DNA of 63,874 nucleotides, filler included, from Octopus bimaculoides (taxonomy: Eukaryota), in NCBI RefSeq assembly GCF_001194135.2. It is 5 parts of 5 records of this genome, joined end to end, with 100 filler letters (N's around TTAATTAATTAA, not from the genome) between each part and the next. Parts side by side here need not be neighbours in the genome. Positions count along the whole stretch, not along the records: positions 1 to 13,371 come from NC_068983.1; positions 13,472 to 20,909 come from NC_068984.1; 3 more parts are not named here. One strand, written 5' to 3'. Position numbers and translations under genes: made by a program. Shown here one piece after another: positions 1-13,504 of the stretch. Under the pieces are notes generated by a model, which was not told the DNA's origin, did no database searches, and worked only from the letters and a program-made list of their open reading frames with translations. Each line of letters opens with the position of its first letter. Position 1 is the first letter of the stretch.

Positions 1-1428
1 TATATATATACACGCACACACGTACACACGCACACACACATATACACACGCACACGCACATGCACCAATGAGCACACACATATATACGAATGTAGTGCGT
101 GTATTTCTGTCTGTGTGCATATATTGTTGTTACTCAAAAATATTCCAGTTGCCACATTGAATTATTTCTTTCTTCTGTGTTGAGAGTCATAAAAGAACAT
201 AGCACAGTGTGTGTTTTCTACATAGTTGTGTATATGCATTGATACATACGTCCTCTGCTGGAGGAAACAGGGTATTTGCAGTGATGGTAAAAATTATAGA
301 ATGAGGCACATTTGTCAACAACTCTCCTTTTATTTCCAGAACATATATTATCTTTCATTTAATGATATGTCAAAACTGGTATTTTCTTCTTTCTTGAGAA
401 TGTCTGACATTATTGTTTGGAGTCGGTACCAATTGCTACCACGCGATACGACGGTGCTTTCTAGAGAGTACATTGATATGTAGTTCAATACACGCATATA
501 CTGAGTGGCAATACACACACATATATGTGGGTTTGTGTACATGTGGCTTATATGGTATGTGCATATATATTTGTATGTATATTTAAGAACGTGTAATATA
601 ACGATCTGTATATATCTCGTGTATTATCTTTAGACTGGCTTTTACTTTGCATCAGTTGGATAGATGTATATTCAGTGCAGACAGCCAAGAGGCTTATAAT
701 ATTCTTCATCAATCTTTTGTTAACTTGCTAAAATATGAAAATATTCTGAAGCTAATTTTGCCTTCAATATACGGATATACATACATACACAAACACACAC
801 ACATATATATATAACTAATATATATATATATATANNNNNNNNNNNNNNNNNNNNNNNNNNNNNNNNNNNNNNNNNNNNNNNNNNNNNNNNNNNNNNNNNN
901 NNNNNNNNNNNNNNNNNNNNNNNNNNNNNNNNNNNNNNNNNNNNNNNNNNNNNNNNNNNNNNNNNNNNNNNNNNNNNNNNNNNNNNNNNNNNNNNNNNNN
1001 NNNNNNNNNNNNNNNNNNNNNNNNNNNNNNNNNNNNNNNNNNNNNNNNNNNNNNNNNNNNNNNNNNNNNNNNNNNNNNNNNNNNNNNNNNNNNNNNNNNN
1101 NNNNNNNNNNNNNNNNNNNNNNNNNNNNNNNNNNNNNNNNNNNNNNNNNNNNNNNNNNNNNNNNNNNNNNNNNNNNNNNNNNNNNNNNNNNNNNNNNNNN
1201 NNNNNNNNNNNNNNNNNNNNNNNNNNNNNNNNNNNNNNNNNNNNNNNNNNNNNNNNNNNNNNNNNNNNNNNNNNNNNNNNNNNNNNNNNNNNNNNNNNNN
1301 NNNNNNNNNNNNNNNNNNNNNNNNNNNNNNNNNNNNNNNNNNNNNNNNNNNNNNNNNNNNNNNNNNNNNNNNNNNNNNNNNNNNNNNNNNNNNNNNNNNN
1401 NNNNNNNNNNNNNNNNNNNNNNNNNNNN

Positions 1429-1483
<55 letters not shown>

Positions 1484-1845
1484 CATATATCTGTGTGTGT
1501 ACGTGTGCATCTGTGTGCGCGCGCGTCTGTGTTTGTGCGTGCGTATGTGTGTCTGTATAGATCTTGGTTGTATATTTTGGTGAATGAAACCTAGAGCCAT
1601 TATATATACTAGAATCTGTACATATTTTGTGTCAGTTCTTTTTTCTGGTTTTCACGTTTATGATTCGAAGAAGAAAATACGTCTTCATTAAATTACAAGT
1701 TGCCACAAATTCACACACCAGACTCGCAGATACATTCATATACGTGCATGTTCGCATCAGTGTGTGAATATCGATGCGTGTCTATATAATATGCACGTAT
1801 CTATGTGATCGTATATTCATGTATATACAGATGGGAATTTTAAAG

Positions 1846-1963
<118 letters not shown>

Positions 1964-1964
1964 A

Positions 1965-3340
1965 GCATATTCAGTACAGTAAACAACATGAGAAAATTAA
2001 TTAGTTTTAGCATAAAGAAATTGAAAGTAAATCTCTACTCAGGTGACACAATTTTAGGGAAGGTTAATAAGAAGAGAGAAATTTTCCAGGGGGATTAGTT
2101 TTCCTTCTAATATTTGTCATATGTTTGATCCCCCTCAGTTATGTATTAAGGGAAGCAAAGGCAGGGTATCAGTTCAGAAATAGTAAGGGGAAAATTAACC
2201 ATTTCCTTTTTATGCATGGTCTGAAGCAGCTTAGTAAAAATTGAAAAGAAACTAGATTTCTTAATACAGACTGTAAGACTCTTCAGTAAAGGTACAGGCA
2301 TGGAATTTGGCATAGATAAATGCGTAATATTAGTAGTGAGCTGTTACCATATGGCCAGACATTAAAATCATTGGAAGGAGGAGAGAGTTATACGCATCTA
2401 GGAGTAGTAGAATCTGACAGAGTACTAACTATAGAAATGAAAACGAAAATTAAAAAGGAGTACATCAGAAGGTAAAGGAAACTAGTTAAGTCAAAGCTAC
2501 ATGGTCCGATTCTAGTGGAGGCTGTAAATAATTGGGTAGTATCGTTAATTAGATACTGAACAGTTTTAGTAGATTCGATAAAAACTGATTTAGCAAAGCT
2601 AGACAGAAGAAAGGGGTAGGAATTCAATATCAATGGAGGGCTCCACACAAGATCAGGAGTAGCAAGATTATACTTACTTAGAAAGGAAGGCGGAAGTGGG
2701 TTAATATGAGTAGAAGGCTGCGTGTACTTCGCTAGACTAGATGTAGACTCTTATGTAGGTAATAGTGAAGAAAGTTTATTAGAAGCTGCTACAGTCACAG
2801 CAAGACATGGGGAAACTAAAACACCCAACGGACTTAAAAACCAGAACAAAGAACAGAAGTTATCTGACTGGTAGGACTAGGTGTTGCATCGTCGATTCTC
2901 TAAGGTAGTTGCAGCAAATAGTAGTAATGAGAAATGTTTATGATTGCTAAAACGAGGGCTGAAGAGAGAGACAGATAATTTGTTAATAGCAGCATAATGT
3001 CAAGTATTAAGGACTTATTGGATAAAAGCCAAGATAAATTAAAATCAAGTAAATTTTCAATAGAGGCTATGCAAATCAAATGAGGAAAGCGTTACTCATA
3101 TAGTAAGTGAATGTATTATGCTAGTAAAATAAATCCTGTTAGTTATAGGTGCATTGGGAACTATCCAATGACCAAATGGATAGAGGAAATAAAACCTAGT
3201 TTAGTACAGCTCCAGAAAACTGTGTTATTAGGGACAGCTAGGACAATTAGGGGGGTTCTTGGCATCTAAGTTTACTTGTTCTAGCCCGACGTTAGGAGTT
3301 TTTTTTTCCAACAGTCTAAACTGTTGAGTGTGTATGGATA
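1965..3340 (+). mobile_element. R4/Dong-clade non-LTR retrotransposon, decayed 3' portion (RT to restriction-like endonuclease)
   Basis: Manual translation across stops/frameshifts: KKREIFQGD, INHFLFMHGLK (LFMDDLK motif), GMEFGIDKC, KKEYIRR, LYLLRKEGGSGL, and C-terminal QKTVLLGTARTIRGVL* ending about 3268. A short 3' UTR runs into AAT/GAT repeats. Confidence 0.85.
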
Positions 3341-3385
3341 ACAATAACAATGATGATAATGATAATATTAATAATAATAATAATA

Positions 3386-3416
<31 letters not shown>

Positions 3417-5541
3417 TGTATGTATGTATGTATGTATATATATATATATATATATATNNNNNNNNNNNNNNNNNNNNNNNNNNNNNNNNNNNNNNNNNNN
3501 NNNNNNNNNNNNNNNNNNNNNNNNNNNNNNNNNNNNNNNNNNNNNNNNNNNNNNNNNNNNNNNNNNNNNNNNNNNNNNNNNNNNNNNNNNNNNNNNNNNN
3601 NNNNNNNNNNNNNNNNNNNNNNNNNNNNNNNNNNNNNNNNNNNNNNNNNNNNNNNNNNNNNNNNNNNNNNNNNNNNNNNNNNNNNNNNNNNNNATATATA
3701 TATATATATATATAAACAGGTAGGAAGAGAGGGAGAATGTTAGCGAGAGAGGGACACGTAGAGAAATGAAGTGGAGAAAGACAGACAGAAAATTCGCACA
3801 TCGATTTTCTTACGATAAATACATTCAATAACAGTACTACACGAAGACTGATAAGCGTAAATACACACGCGCATAAATTTATATATTATATCTGAACCAT
3901 TTCCTTTGGTTCTACAGCATATTTGAATAATCGGAGATTCATTCTTTTTCTTTTGGATTTATTCCTATTCCAGTAATCTTATTGCAGTGCAGAAATAAGG
4001 ATAATCATATCATTGCAGATGTTAAGCTATCATAGAATAATGTAACATATAATATGACTTTGAAACATTCATTCATCGAAAAATATAGACGGGAGGGGAA
4101 GCGAGAAAAAAAAAAATGATTTCCAGTAAAAGAAAAATAGAAAAAGAAATTTCTGTTCTCTGAAGCGGAATAAATTCTGGGTTAAAGTTTATGTGAGTTG
4201 GAATTGTAGAAGATAGTTTAAAAGATAGATAAGGAATATACGATATGCGTCGAGCCAGAATACCCGTTAGCACTTTGAAGATATTGGATTCAAAGCTTCA
4301 AAGAAGATTTAGTGACTGGTGTTTTCAAAACGACATGTTTTTGCTGCGAAACGCAATGCAATCTTGTGAGAATAACCATTTGCTCTCACAAGGCCCGCGC
4401 CGCGTCTAAAAGTTACATCATATTGTTGTATGTATTGGATGGCATTGGTTATGCTAGTAATACCCTCTATAAGATATGTACGGTTAAATACAAAGGTATA
4501 ACGAACAAAATATTCATGGAGAAAAAGATCATAGGAAGCGAAACTTTTTGAGCATTAAATAACAATTTCCTTAATAGCAAACATCATTCGAACACATATG
4601 CATCAGAATCAATATTTGCTATTGTTATACACTCATATGTAATGTATTTGAAAATGCATTATCCAGGAAAAAAAACCCGAAGGAATTCAGTAAAGCTCTC
4701 CTTAATGGTTTCACATGTAATTCGCATTCACGTATTTTCAGGTTCAAAGCCTTTGGACGGCATCTTCTGCTGGGTTGTAGGACTATATATAGAAAGAAGC
4801 TCGGTTGGAATTTTCAAACATGAGTTTTCAGTTGCTTGAATATAGTCGCTACAAGGTCATTGAATCAACGTGTAAGTAGCCGAGTAATTCAATGATATGT
4901 GTATTACTAAACTATATTTCTCAGAAGGAATCGGCGTGACAATGTGACAAGACATGACCTTTCAATTACTCAGGCAATCCATACGACGGGGTTCAGTTCA
5001 TTTCAATGTTGCCAGTTCATTCGCAACCAGTAGCTATAGAAAATAGCACTTATCACTTATGTCATGCAGCAAAATTTAAAGCAAGCTTGCTAACAATTGG
5101 GAGTCATATATCAAGAATCGAACGTTTTAATTTGGAGACAAGTGTGATTAAGTATCAATTATATATCCCCAACGGGTATAGTTATAGTAAAGTGAGTAAT
5201 GTACAATAGCTTCCGCATAATTTAATATTGCATAATCTCTCCTACTCAAAATCTGACGTATTGCTGCTCGAATCGTTAGCTCGCTGGACAATATGCTTAT
5301 CAGGATTCCTTTCTCTCTTTTCAGTTGCTAAATTCAAATTTCGCCAGTGTCGGATCTGCCTTTCATCTTATCAGGATCGATAAAGTAAAGTAAAAGTCAA
5401 GTAGTGGAGTCGATTTAACTGACTAACTCCTTTCCACATAAAATACTGGCATTCTGCCATAATTTGAAACAATTAATTTCCGTTCAAGCGAGTACGTAAC
5501 TCAGTTATAGTTCCGCAGTCATGCAGAAAGTTTATATATAA

Positions 5542-6340
5542 CTAGCAGTATAACCCGACCTTGTCCGGGTGTGACTTATTATGCCATCTACGATAAGTCT
5601 TGCTAGCTGAAAATCGACTAAAAAAGAAAGCCTTACAACGAAAAAACCCTTATGATGTAAATATGTTCATAATTCAAAAGACGATGAAATTAATAGGGAT
5701 AGTCTGAAAGATGTTTTGCGTAAAATTATTAAGCAAACGTAAATTTCATCCGTGTAATTGGCTATAGAAATGCTTGTGCAAAACAACTTTTTGCGCTGCC
5801 CTGATTATACATAGCAGAGTAATCCCTTTTAGCAGGAGCTAGGATGGCAATTTCTGATGAAGCAATTGCTGGCGATCTGTTGCTACACAGTTTTGCCAGA
5901 ATTCTATCAGATTGGGCAGAAGATGTTGATGCACCATTTTGCATTATGTTTAAAATAGCTTCTGGAATGTGGTGCATTACTGCAGTCTGTTGCTGTCATT
6001 TTGAACCGGTTGCTGTCATTCCCCAGCAAACTCTCTTCTTTGGAGACATAATCTATGTATATATTAAACAGAACAACAAAAGTTATAATAGATGGCAGTG
6101 TCGGTACTTTTCACATATCTGTAAGTTTTCAGATTAACACCCGCACGATTACCCAACCCTAATCCTAACACTAACCCTAACACTAACCCTAAACCCTAAC
6201 CCTAACCCTAACCCTGACCCTAAAAACCGTAACCGTAACATTAATCCTAAACCCTAACCCTGACCCTAAAACCCTAACCCTAACACCCTAGTAAAAATCT
6301 CGGTAAATTTTCAAAACATTGACGAACATGAGTTATATTT
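5542..6340 (-). mobile_element. Non-autonomous Helitron-like element, copy 1 (3' end; 5' part lost in gap)
   Basis: On the minus strand it ends with hairpin ACCCGGACAAGGTCGGGT (5553-5570), then TTATACTG, then CTAG followed by T (CTAG at 5542-5545), the canonical Helitron 3' end. About 650 bp aligns by eye with 62870-63554. Confidence 0.65.
6152..6290 (-). repeat. Degenerate (TTAGGG)n-like array inside the Helitron-like element
   Basis: CCCTAA, CCCTGA, ACCGTA and CACTAA variant units read directly. Confidence 0.9.
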
Positions 6341-7649
6341 NNNNNNNNNNNNNNNNNNNNNNNNNNNNNNNNNNNNNNNNNNNNNNNNNNNNNNNNNNNN
6401 NNNNNNNNNNNNNNNNNNNNNNNNNNNNNNNNNNNNNNNNNNNNNNNNNNNNNNNNNNNNNNNNNNNNNNNNNNNNNNNNNNNNNNNNNNNNNNNNNNNN
6501 NNNNNNNNNNNNNNNNNNNNNNNNNNNNNNNNNNNNNNNNNNNNNNNNNNNNNNNNNNNNNNNNNNNNNNNNNNNNNNNNNNNNNNNNNNNNNNNNNNNN
6601 NNNNNNNNNNNNNNNNNNNNNNNNNNNNNNNNNNNNNNNNNNNNNNNNNNNNNNNNNNNNNNNNNNNNNNNNNNNNNNNNNNNNNNNNNNNNNNNNNNNN
6701 NNNNNNNNNNNNNNNNNNNNNNNNNNNNNNNNNNNNNNNNNNNNNNNNNNNNNNNNNNNNNNNNNNNNNNNNNNNNNNNNNNNNNNNNNNNNNNNNNNNN
6801 NNNNNNNNNNNNNNNNNNNNNNNNNNNNNNNNNNNNNNNNTTTTACGTATCTATGTTATGAAAAATAGGTAAAGAACACTGAGATGAAAGTTTAATCTAT
6901 GACGTTGTATGTATCACTTTCTCTCTCTCTCTCCCTCTCCCTCTTTAATTCTTACTCTCTATATTTTTATGTTGAGCGCCTGTGTAGGAATGGCGTTCCA
7001 GGTAACAGGGATGAAATATAAAAGTTGCTAGAAACAACAGCCAAATCTCCCTTAAATCACACAAAGTAAACGGAATTTTAAAAATCTAATTACTGCACTG
7101 GAAAGGTCAGATCGAGAAAATTCCATTGATGTAAACATTTTTACGAAAAAGTGGAAAATGTGGATTTCTATAAACATTCAAAAAGGCTTCACACAAACAC
7201 ACAATTTCAGATTTATATGTTAAGATAAGTATGTATGTATGTATGTATGTATGTGTGTATGTATGTTTGTATGTATGTTTGCATGCATGTGTATGTATGT
7301 ATATATGTATATGTCTATATCTATATCACAGTTCTCGGTTCTGTTAACGGCTAGGCGTTCAGTCGAATATACTGGCATTGACGAAGCAACATCTGGAATA
7401 TTGTCCAGGTAAATCTAGCTGAAGACGACTAATCAAATTTATGATAACAAACGTATTTGAAGAGTCCGAAACCTGGGTAGTAGATTATCTGGGTTGTCCA
7501 TTTATCCAATGTTCGTCCTGGTGGTGAGACGAAAATTTTTATGTTCGCTCCTTCACATGTCTTTGCCAGGATATATACAGTGAAGGTTTACTATAGCCTC
7601 CCAAATTTATCGACTGCTATTTCCAGTAAAATTTTCGTGCCTTGCTGTA

Positions 7650-7683
<34 letters not shown>

Positions 7684-8864
7684 GGAGTAAGCACATGAAA
7701 TGTGCAACAAGGTGGAAAAAAGAGTACTCAAATACCAGAGGTAGAGTAATATGCTTTATTTAAAAGCAGCAGAAATATACCAAAAAAACCGAACGGTTTT
7801 TTTTTTGTTATATTTCTGCTGCTTTTAAATAAAGTATATATATATATATATNNNNNNNNNNNNNNNNNNNNNNNNNNNNNNNNNNNNNNNNNNNNNNNNN
7901 NNNNNNNNNNNNNNNNNNNNNNNNNNNNNNNNNNNNNNNNNNNNNNNNNNNNNNNNNNNNNNNNNNNNNNNNNNNNNNNNNNNNNNNNNNNNNNNNNNNN
8001 NNNNNNNNNNNNNNNNNNNNNNNNNNNNNNNNNNNNNNNNNNNNNNNNNNNNNNNNNNNNNNNNNNNNNNNNNNNNNNNNNNNNNNNNNNNNNNNNNNNN
8101 NNNNNNCGATCTTCTATAATATGATATGCATATGTTTATGTCTAAAATGTATGTGTATACGTATGGGTGGGTGTATGTGTGTGTATGTGTGTGTATGTTT
8201 GTATGTATATAGCCGTGATTGGTGAAATATCACTATTTCTGTAATGGTTTGTACTGGATGAAGGACTAAATTTGTAGAGTAAATTGTAATTTTTGATTTT
8301 ATATTTCACCAACAATTTTCATCCTTTCACATACTTCACTTTCTTTGTATTTTCATACCTTTACATGTACTTTTTCTATCTTTGTAATTATATTTCTTTG
8401 TATTTTTATTCCATGCACACACACACACACACACATGCAAACACACACATACACACACACACGTGCGCGCACATACACACACACGTGCGCGCACACACAC
8501 ACATGCACACACACACATACACACACACACACGTGCGCGCACATAGACACACACGTGCGCGCACACACTCACAGAAACACACCCGCACTCTCTCTCACTG
8601 AACAATGATGCCTACTCCTTGAAAAACAACTTTTCTCCAAACAATGCCACCTGGTTTTGCCATTTTTAAAGGTCGAGAAGAAACTTGTCATTGAAAGAAC
8701 TGATCAGCTGTAAACACAATTCTCTTCTATCTTCTTTCACCTTTCCTTCTCTTTCTCATTGACACTGCTTTCAGATACACAGGTACACACACACACCAAC
8801 ACAAAAAACACTCACACACAAACACACACACAAAAACACACACACACACGCTCTCTCTCTCTCT

Positions 8865-9130
8865 CTCTGCCTTGGGTATGTGCTGTGGTTTGCTGTGGTG
8901 CTTTTATGGTTACTGTATTGAAAGTGTTTTGCGTAGGATGTGTGCAGTGCCCAGTAGTGCAATTTTCTGTATGTTATATATATTTGTAAGTCCTGGTGTT
9001 TTTGTTATGTATTTGTCTGAATATTTTTTTATCATACCTAAGGCGCCTACTATGATAGGAATTGTTTCTCTTTTTAGATTCCACATTCGAGTTACCTCTA
9101 TTTCCAGGTCTTTGTATTTTGAAAGTTTCT
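8865..9130 (-). mobile_element. R4/Dong LINE 3' fragment
   Basis: Minus translation KYKDLEIEVTRMWNLKRETIPIIVGALGMIK...IQKIALLGTAHILRKTLSIQ*. Same family as 59475-60170. Confidence 0.85.
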
Positions 9131-9805
9131 TCAGTTCTTCTTCTTCTTCTTCTTCTTCTTCTTNNNNNNNNNNNNNNNNNNNNNNNNNNNNNNNNNNNNN
9201 NNNNNNNNNNNNNNNNNNNNNNNNNNNNNNNNNNNNNNNNNNNNNNNNNNNNNNNNNNNNNNNNNNNNNNNNNNNNNNNNNNNNNNNNNNNNNNNNNNNN
9301 NNNNNNNNNNNNNNNNNNNNNNNNNNNNNNNNNNNNNNNNNNNNNNNNNNNNNNNNNNNNNNNNNNNNNNNNNNNNNNNNNNNNNNNNNNNNNNNNNNNN
9401 NNNNNNNNNNNNNNNNNNNNNNNNNNNNNNNNNNNNNNNNNNNNNNNNNNNNNNNNNNNNNNNNNNNNNNNNNNNNNNNNNNNNNNNNNNNNNNNNNNNN
9501 NNNNNNNNNNNNNNNNNNNNNNNNNNNNNNNNNNNNNNNNNNNNNNNNNNNNNNNNNNNNNNNNNNNNNNNNNNNNNNNNNNNNNNNNNNNNNNNNNNNN
9601 NNNNNNNNNNNNNNNNNNNNNNNNNNNNNNNNNNNNNNNNNNNNNNNNNNNNNNNNNNNNNNNNNNNNNNNNNNNNNNNNNNNNNNNNNNNNNNNNNNNN
9701 NNNNNNNNNNNNNNNNNNNNNNNNNNNNNNNNNNNNNNGCTAAGCTCAGAATTTTGTTCCAGATACGTCTATTATCATTATCACTATCATTACCATCGTT
9801 ATTGA

Positions 9806-9868
<63 letters not shown>

Positions 9869-11589
9869 CTATAACATATGTCCTGACAGTTTACGTTCTG
9901 CATCCAAATGCCTCCGAGATTGATTTGCTATTTTACTTGCCTGGTCCATAAATTTCAGCTTTGAGCTTCATGTAAACGTCTTAAATCATTCCCTCAAAGT
10001 TGTTAGCCTTGTACCAAAATGAGAAAGTATTATTAATATTGTATTGTTGTAGTCATAGTAGTAGTAGCTGTAGTATTCGCAGCAGCGATTTTGTCAGGCT
10101 CTTAGCTATACTTAACTAGCTAACTGTAATGCTATAACCTCAAATTTGGCATTCCTTAGATCTTATCCCATACAAGGTATGAATGTTGATAGCCTAGCAA
10201 CAACCGGACACAACGCTTATCACATGAAGGGTGCATTAAGCACCCAACGTTGTTTATCGTCTATAATGTTATCACTGATTTCCTGTGATAAGTAAACTTT
10301 TGTGGATTTCCTTTCCCTGGTGGATATGAAAAAATAATTTATCTCGTAGTCGCAGTTGAAATGATTATCTTCTGTTAGAGTTCGTGTTTTGCTCAGCCTC
10401 TTCAAGTACCATTTGAAGAGAAAAATATGAGAAGAATTTGTTAAGATAAGCGTTGTTAAATGAGTCCAATTTAATTATAGGATTGTGGGCTTGTAGCAAG
10501 AACTAGCAGTAAATAGTTCCATATATTACTGTGTTACAATATTATGTGTTGTGTACCCTGACTTGCCCTATATGATCGTTGTGTTAAGAAAGCTAGAGCA
10601 CTGTAGAATATTTATTTTCTTAATAAAATTCTATCTATTATATTTTGCTGTATAATGAACAAATGTAACGCATCCAAGGTCAATAAATGCACGCCAATTT
10701 GAACAGACTTACTTGACTTGAACTGTATGTCAAAACATATCTGAATTTGTGCTAATGCATGAACTCATTATTAGTACAAACAATAGTTATAGTTTATATA
10801 TATATTGTTTACGCTCAAGTCAACTCAAATTGACAACACCAATGTCCAAAATCACAGTAAAGCGCATTCAAACCAGTACTTCATTTTGTGTATAGTATAT
10901 TCCATTCCTGAACAATTAGTATGCAATTTTTTCGGAGGTAAGTTGTCATTTACTTATGAAACGGTAGCTATTTCTAACAAGTTATTCGAGTATCCAGAAG
11001 TTCGCTAATCGGTTCATTACTTTAGTTAGTGCAGTTATTAATGCTGCAGTGAATTACGGCATAATTTACATACACTTACTGACACTGAATCAATCAATAT
11101 TCCTAACAGTTAATCTTAACATAATAAGCATCAATAGAATAAGATGGAAAGGAAATCTATAGGATGACTGCCCAGAGGAGTAAGGAAAATTATACATGTA
11201 AATCTATTAGGTGATGAACTAGTGAATCACATGCTTTTGAGTGCGATTTAATAAATACGTAGTGAGATGGAGCGCTATAAATGTATTGCCTCGTATGATA
11301 GCTATCACATTGATGTATACGTCTTACTGTTTGAGTGTAAATTTTGAAGATACTTGGTAGGAGAATATTCTCATATATATTTGGAACTAATTACTTATGT
11401 ATCAAATTACGATAGCTGTTAATCTGTCTCAAGCCTAGCTCTTCCTCATTCTCAAGTTCTGTATTGAGAATATCTATAGATAAACATTGCTGAAAACCCT
11501 TACCGAAGGTAATTCACATTATAACTGTGAACGAATCTATGGAACGACGTAGGTTCTTTAAGAATTCTAATTTTTCTATTTCATTCGAA

Positions 11590-11875
11590 TATAGTACTAA
11601 AGCAACTATCATCACTCTCGACTTAGGTGTTAACTTAAATTTCCCTTACCATGAACCGGATGAGTTGTTATAATATATCCATATCCTGTCTAATCATCCT
11701 AGATTTACCCTTAATAGCATTATCGCTGCTGTTTCTATCAAGATGTCTAATCTGTCGGTTAATGAGGATATCTTTAATAATCATACCATGTTCTATAACC
11801 TGGCCTTCCGGAATAGAGGCGTTCGCAAGACTGAAAACAAAGCTCGCACGTTTCTTTACCAGCGCGGAATGTAAG
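11590..11875 (+). mobile_element. Penelope-like element RT C-terminal remnant
   Basis: Plus frame PYHEPDELL*YIHILSNHPRFTLNSI...SNLSVNEDIFNNHTMFYNLAFRNRG resembles the PLE pattern PY.KPN...YIH..SNHP....IP..I..R.S.LS.NEEIF.....YN.AL...GY. Confidence 0.6.
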
Positions 11876-12414
11876 CCAGCCAAGTCTGACTCTACCGATC
11901 CTCGTCATGTCACCATGAAACCGATAGCTATTAGTTGCTCGGTTTGGGAAAATCAACAAGTACAGTATATCATTGTGATCAGCGGTGTATAACCGCTTCG
12001 GCACCTTACATACTTATGTGCATATATGTATATGTATTTATGTATAACAATCTATCATATCAATGTCTTTGAAATATTTGAATAACATCTCGGTTTTAAA
12101 ATACAATTGGGATTTCTTTTATTAATTTTCCCCGTAAATTCAACTTGCAATTCTCATGTAATTTAAAATATCACAACAATGTATATTAAACCTGAGTTTT
12201 ATGCTGTGGCAGATATTTTCTTCGTCTAATGTAAGTACTCAAGATATTTCCATTATTTGAGGCACGGAAAAAAAATGGCATTTTACATGAAAAAAACAAC
12301 ATAAAGACACATTGCGAAATTGAAAGAAGCTATCAGTTACTGAGTTACAAAGTGTCGAACGGAGGATGGGGAAAATGCTGATACAAGCACACACATACAA
12401 ACACAAACATATGT

Positions 12415-12571
12415 CAGGCTTCTTTCAGTTTCTGTTTACTAAACCCACTCAAATATATAGGTGGCCCAAGGCTATAGTAAAAGACATTTTCCCAAGATGC
12501 TATGTAATGGAACTGAACCTGGAAATGCTGTTGGGAAGCGCGCTACTTACCACACAGGCTCGCCTGCGCCT
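12415..12571 (-). mobile_element. tRNA-derived SINE, family B (head AGGCGCAGGCGTGGCTGTGTGGTAAG), degraded
   Basis: Aligns by eye with copies at 13505, 40165, 44575, 50918, 58425 and 61350; A-box/B-box-like head and CORE-like CCTTGGGCAAGTG block. Confidence 0.75.
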
Positions 12572-13260
12572 ATGAACAGAATTTAAAATGAGAATTTAAT
12601 AGGCAGCAATACCTATATCTATGATTTCTTTCTCCAATATGGAAAACGACATCGTTAATATAAAGAGTTGTGCTTCTTTCTTAAAATACATCCCGTGACT
12701 GATACTGTCATGAAGTTGAACAAATAAGATATATAACACGATCACTTTCCCGTAGAAATATTCAAAAGTGGTTTTCCTGAAGAAATAACTGAGCATAATA
12801 CAATTTTATGTAGCGCATATTACAATTGAAGTATTATAAATTATATAGTCGAGGATGCAAGAGGAGGAAAAGAAAATAGAGGATAACATATGCCAATATG
12901 CTCACGCACACGTACGCATACATACACACACATACCTGCAGTTTTACAAAGTGGAGATTACATATGATAGTTTGAGTGTATGTGTGTTTATATTGGTGTT
13001 TATATGTGTGCGTGAGTGTGTATGCGAAAGTATTTACGAATATGACACTGAAATATATTATATGGATATAGACACCTATAATTATACGCATTTATAAAGT
13101 GTATTTGCGAGAAATACAGCTTATTCATTGATACATGTATATAAAAATATTTAATATGTTTCTATAATGCAATAAATTTTATAGCTCAGGCAATTTCTAT
13201 AAATCGTCCCATCTTATTTTCTCGGTTTCCCTCCACATATATGCATACATACATACATAG

Positions 13261-13326
<66 letters not shown>

Positions 13327-13371
13327 GATTATATAAACGTTTATATCTATATAAATACGCGCATACTGACA

Positions 13372-13471
13372 NNNNNNNNNNNNNNNNNNNNNNNNNNNNN
13401 NNNNNNNNNNNNNNNTTAATTAATTAANNNNNNNNNNNNNNNNNNNNNNNNNNNNNNNNNNNNNNNNNNNN
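13372..13471. other. Artificial scaffold linker (44 N + TTAATTAATTAA + 44 N)
   Basis: The 12-mer has stops in all six frames and is centred in exactly 100 bp. Identical at four positions. Confidence 0.95.

Positions 13472-13504
<33 letters not shown>

Noticed and set aside
5844-5960. AIAGDLLL resembling the polyprenyl synthase AILAGD.LL motif
   Set aside because: Too short, no DDxxD motif nearby, and copy 2 has a stop in this frame shortly after.
6152-6290. True telomere or chromosome fusion site
   Set aside because: Units are degenerate, short and embedded at the same position in two copies of a dispersed repeat.
10220-10405. Possible terminal exon RLSKTRTLTED...NAPFM* (also 14665-14782, QIGNLD...)
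   Set aside because: No recognisable homology and no linked exons; cannot be separated from chance open frames.
11668-11883. Minus-strand ORF with a nearby GTAAG donor as a host exon
   Set aside because: The stop precedes the donor, and another frame on the plus strand matches Penelope RT.
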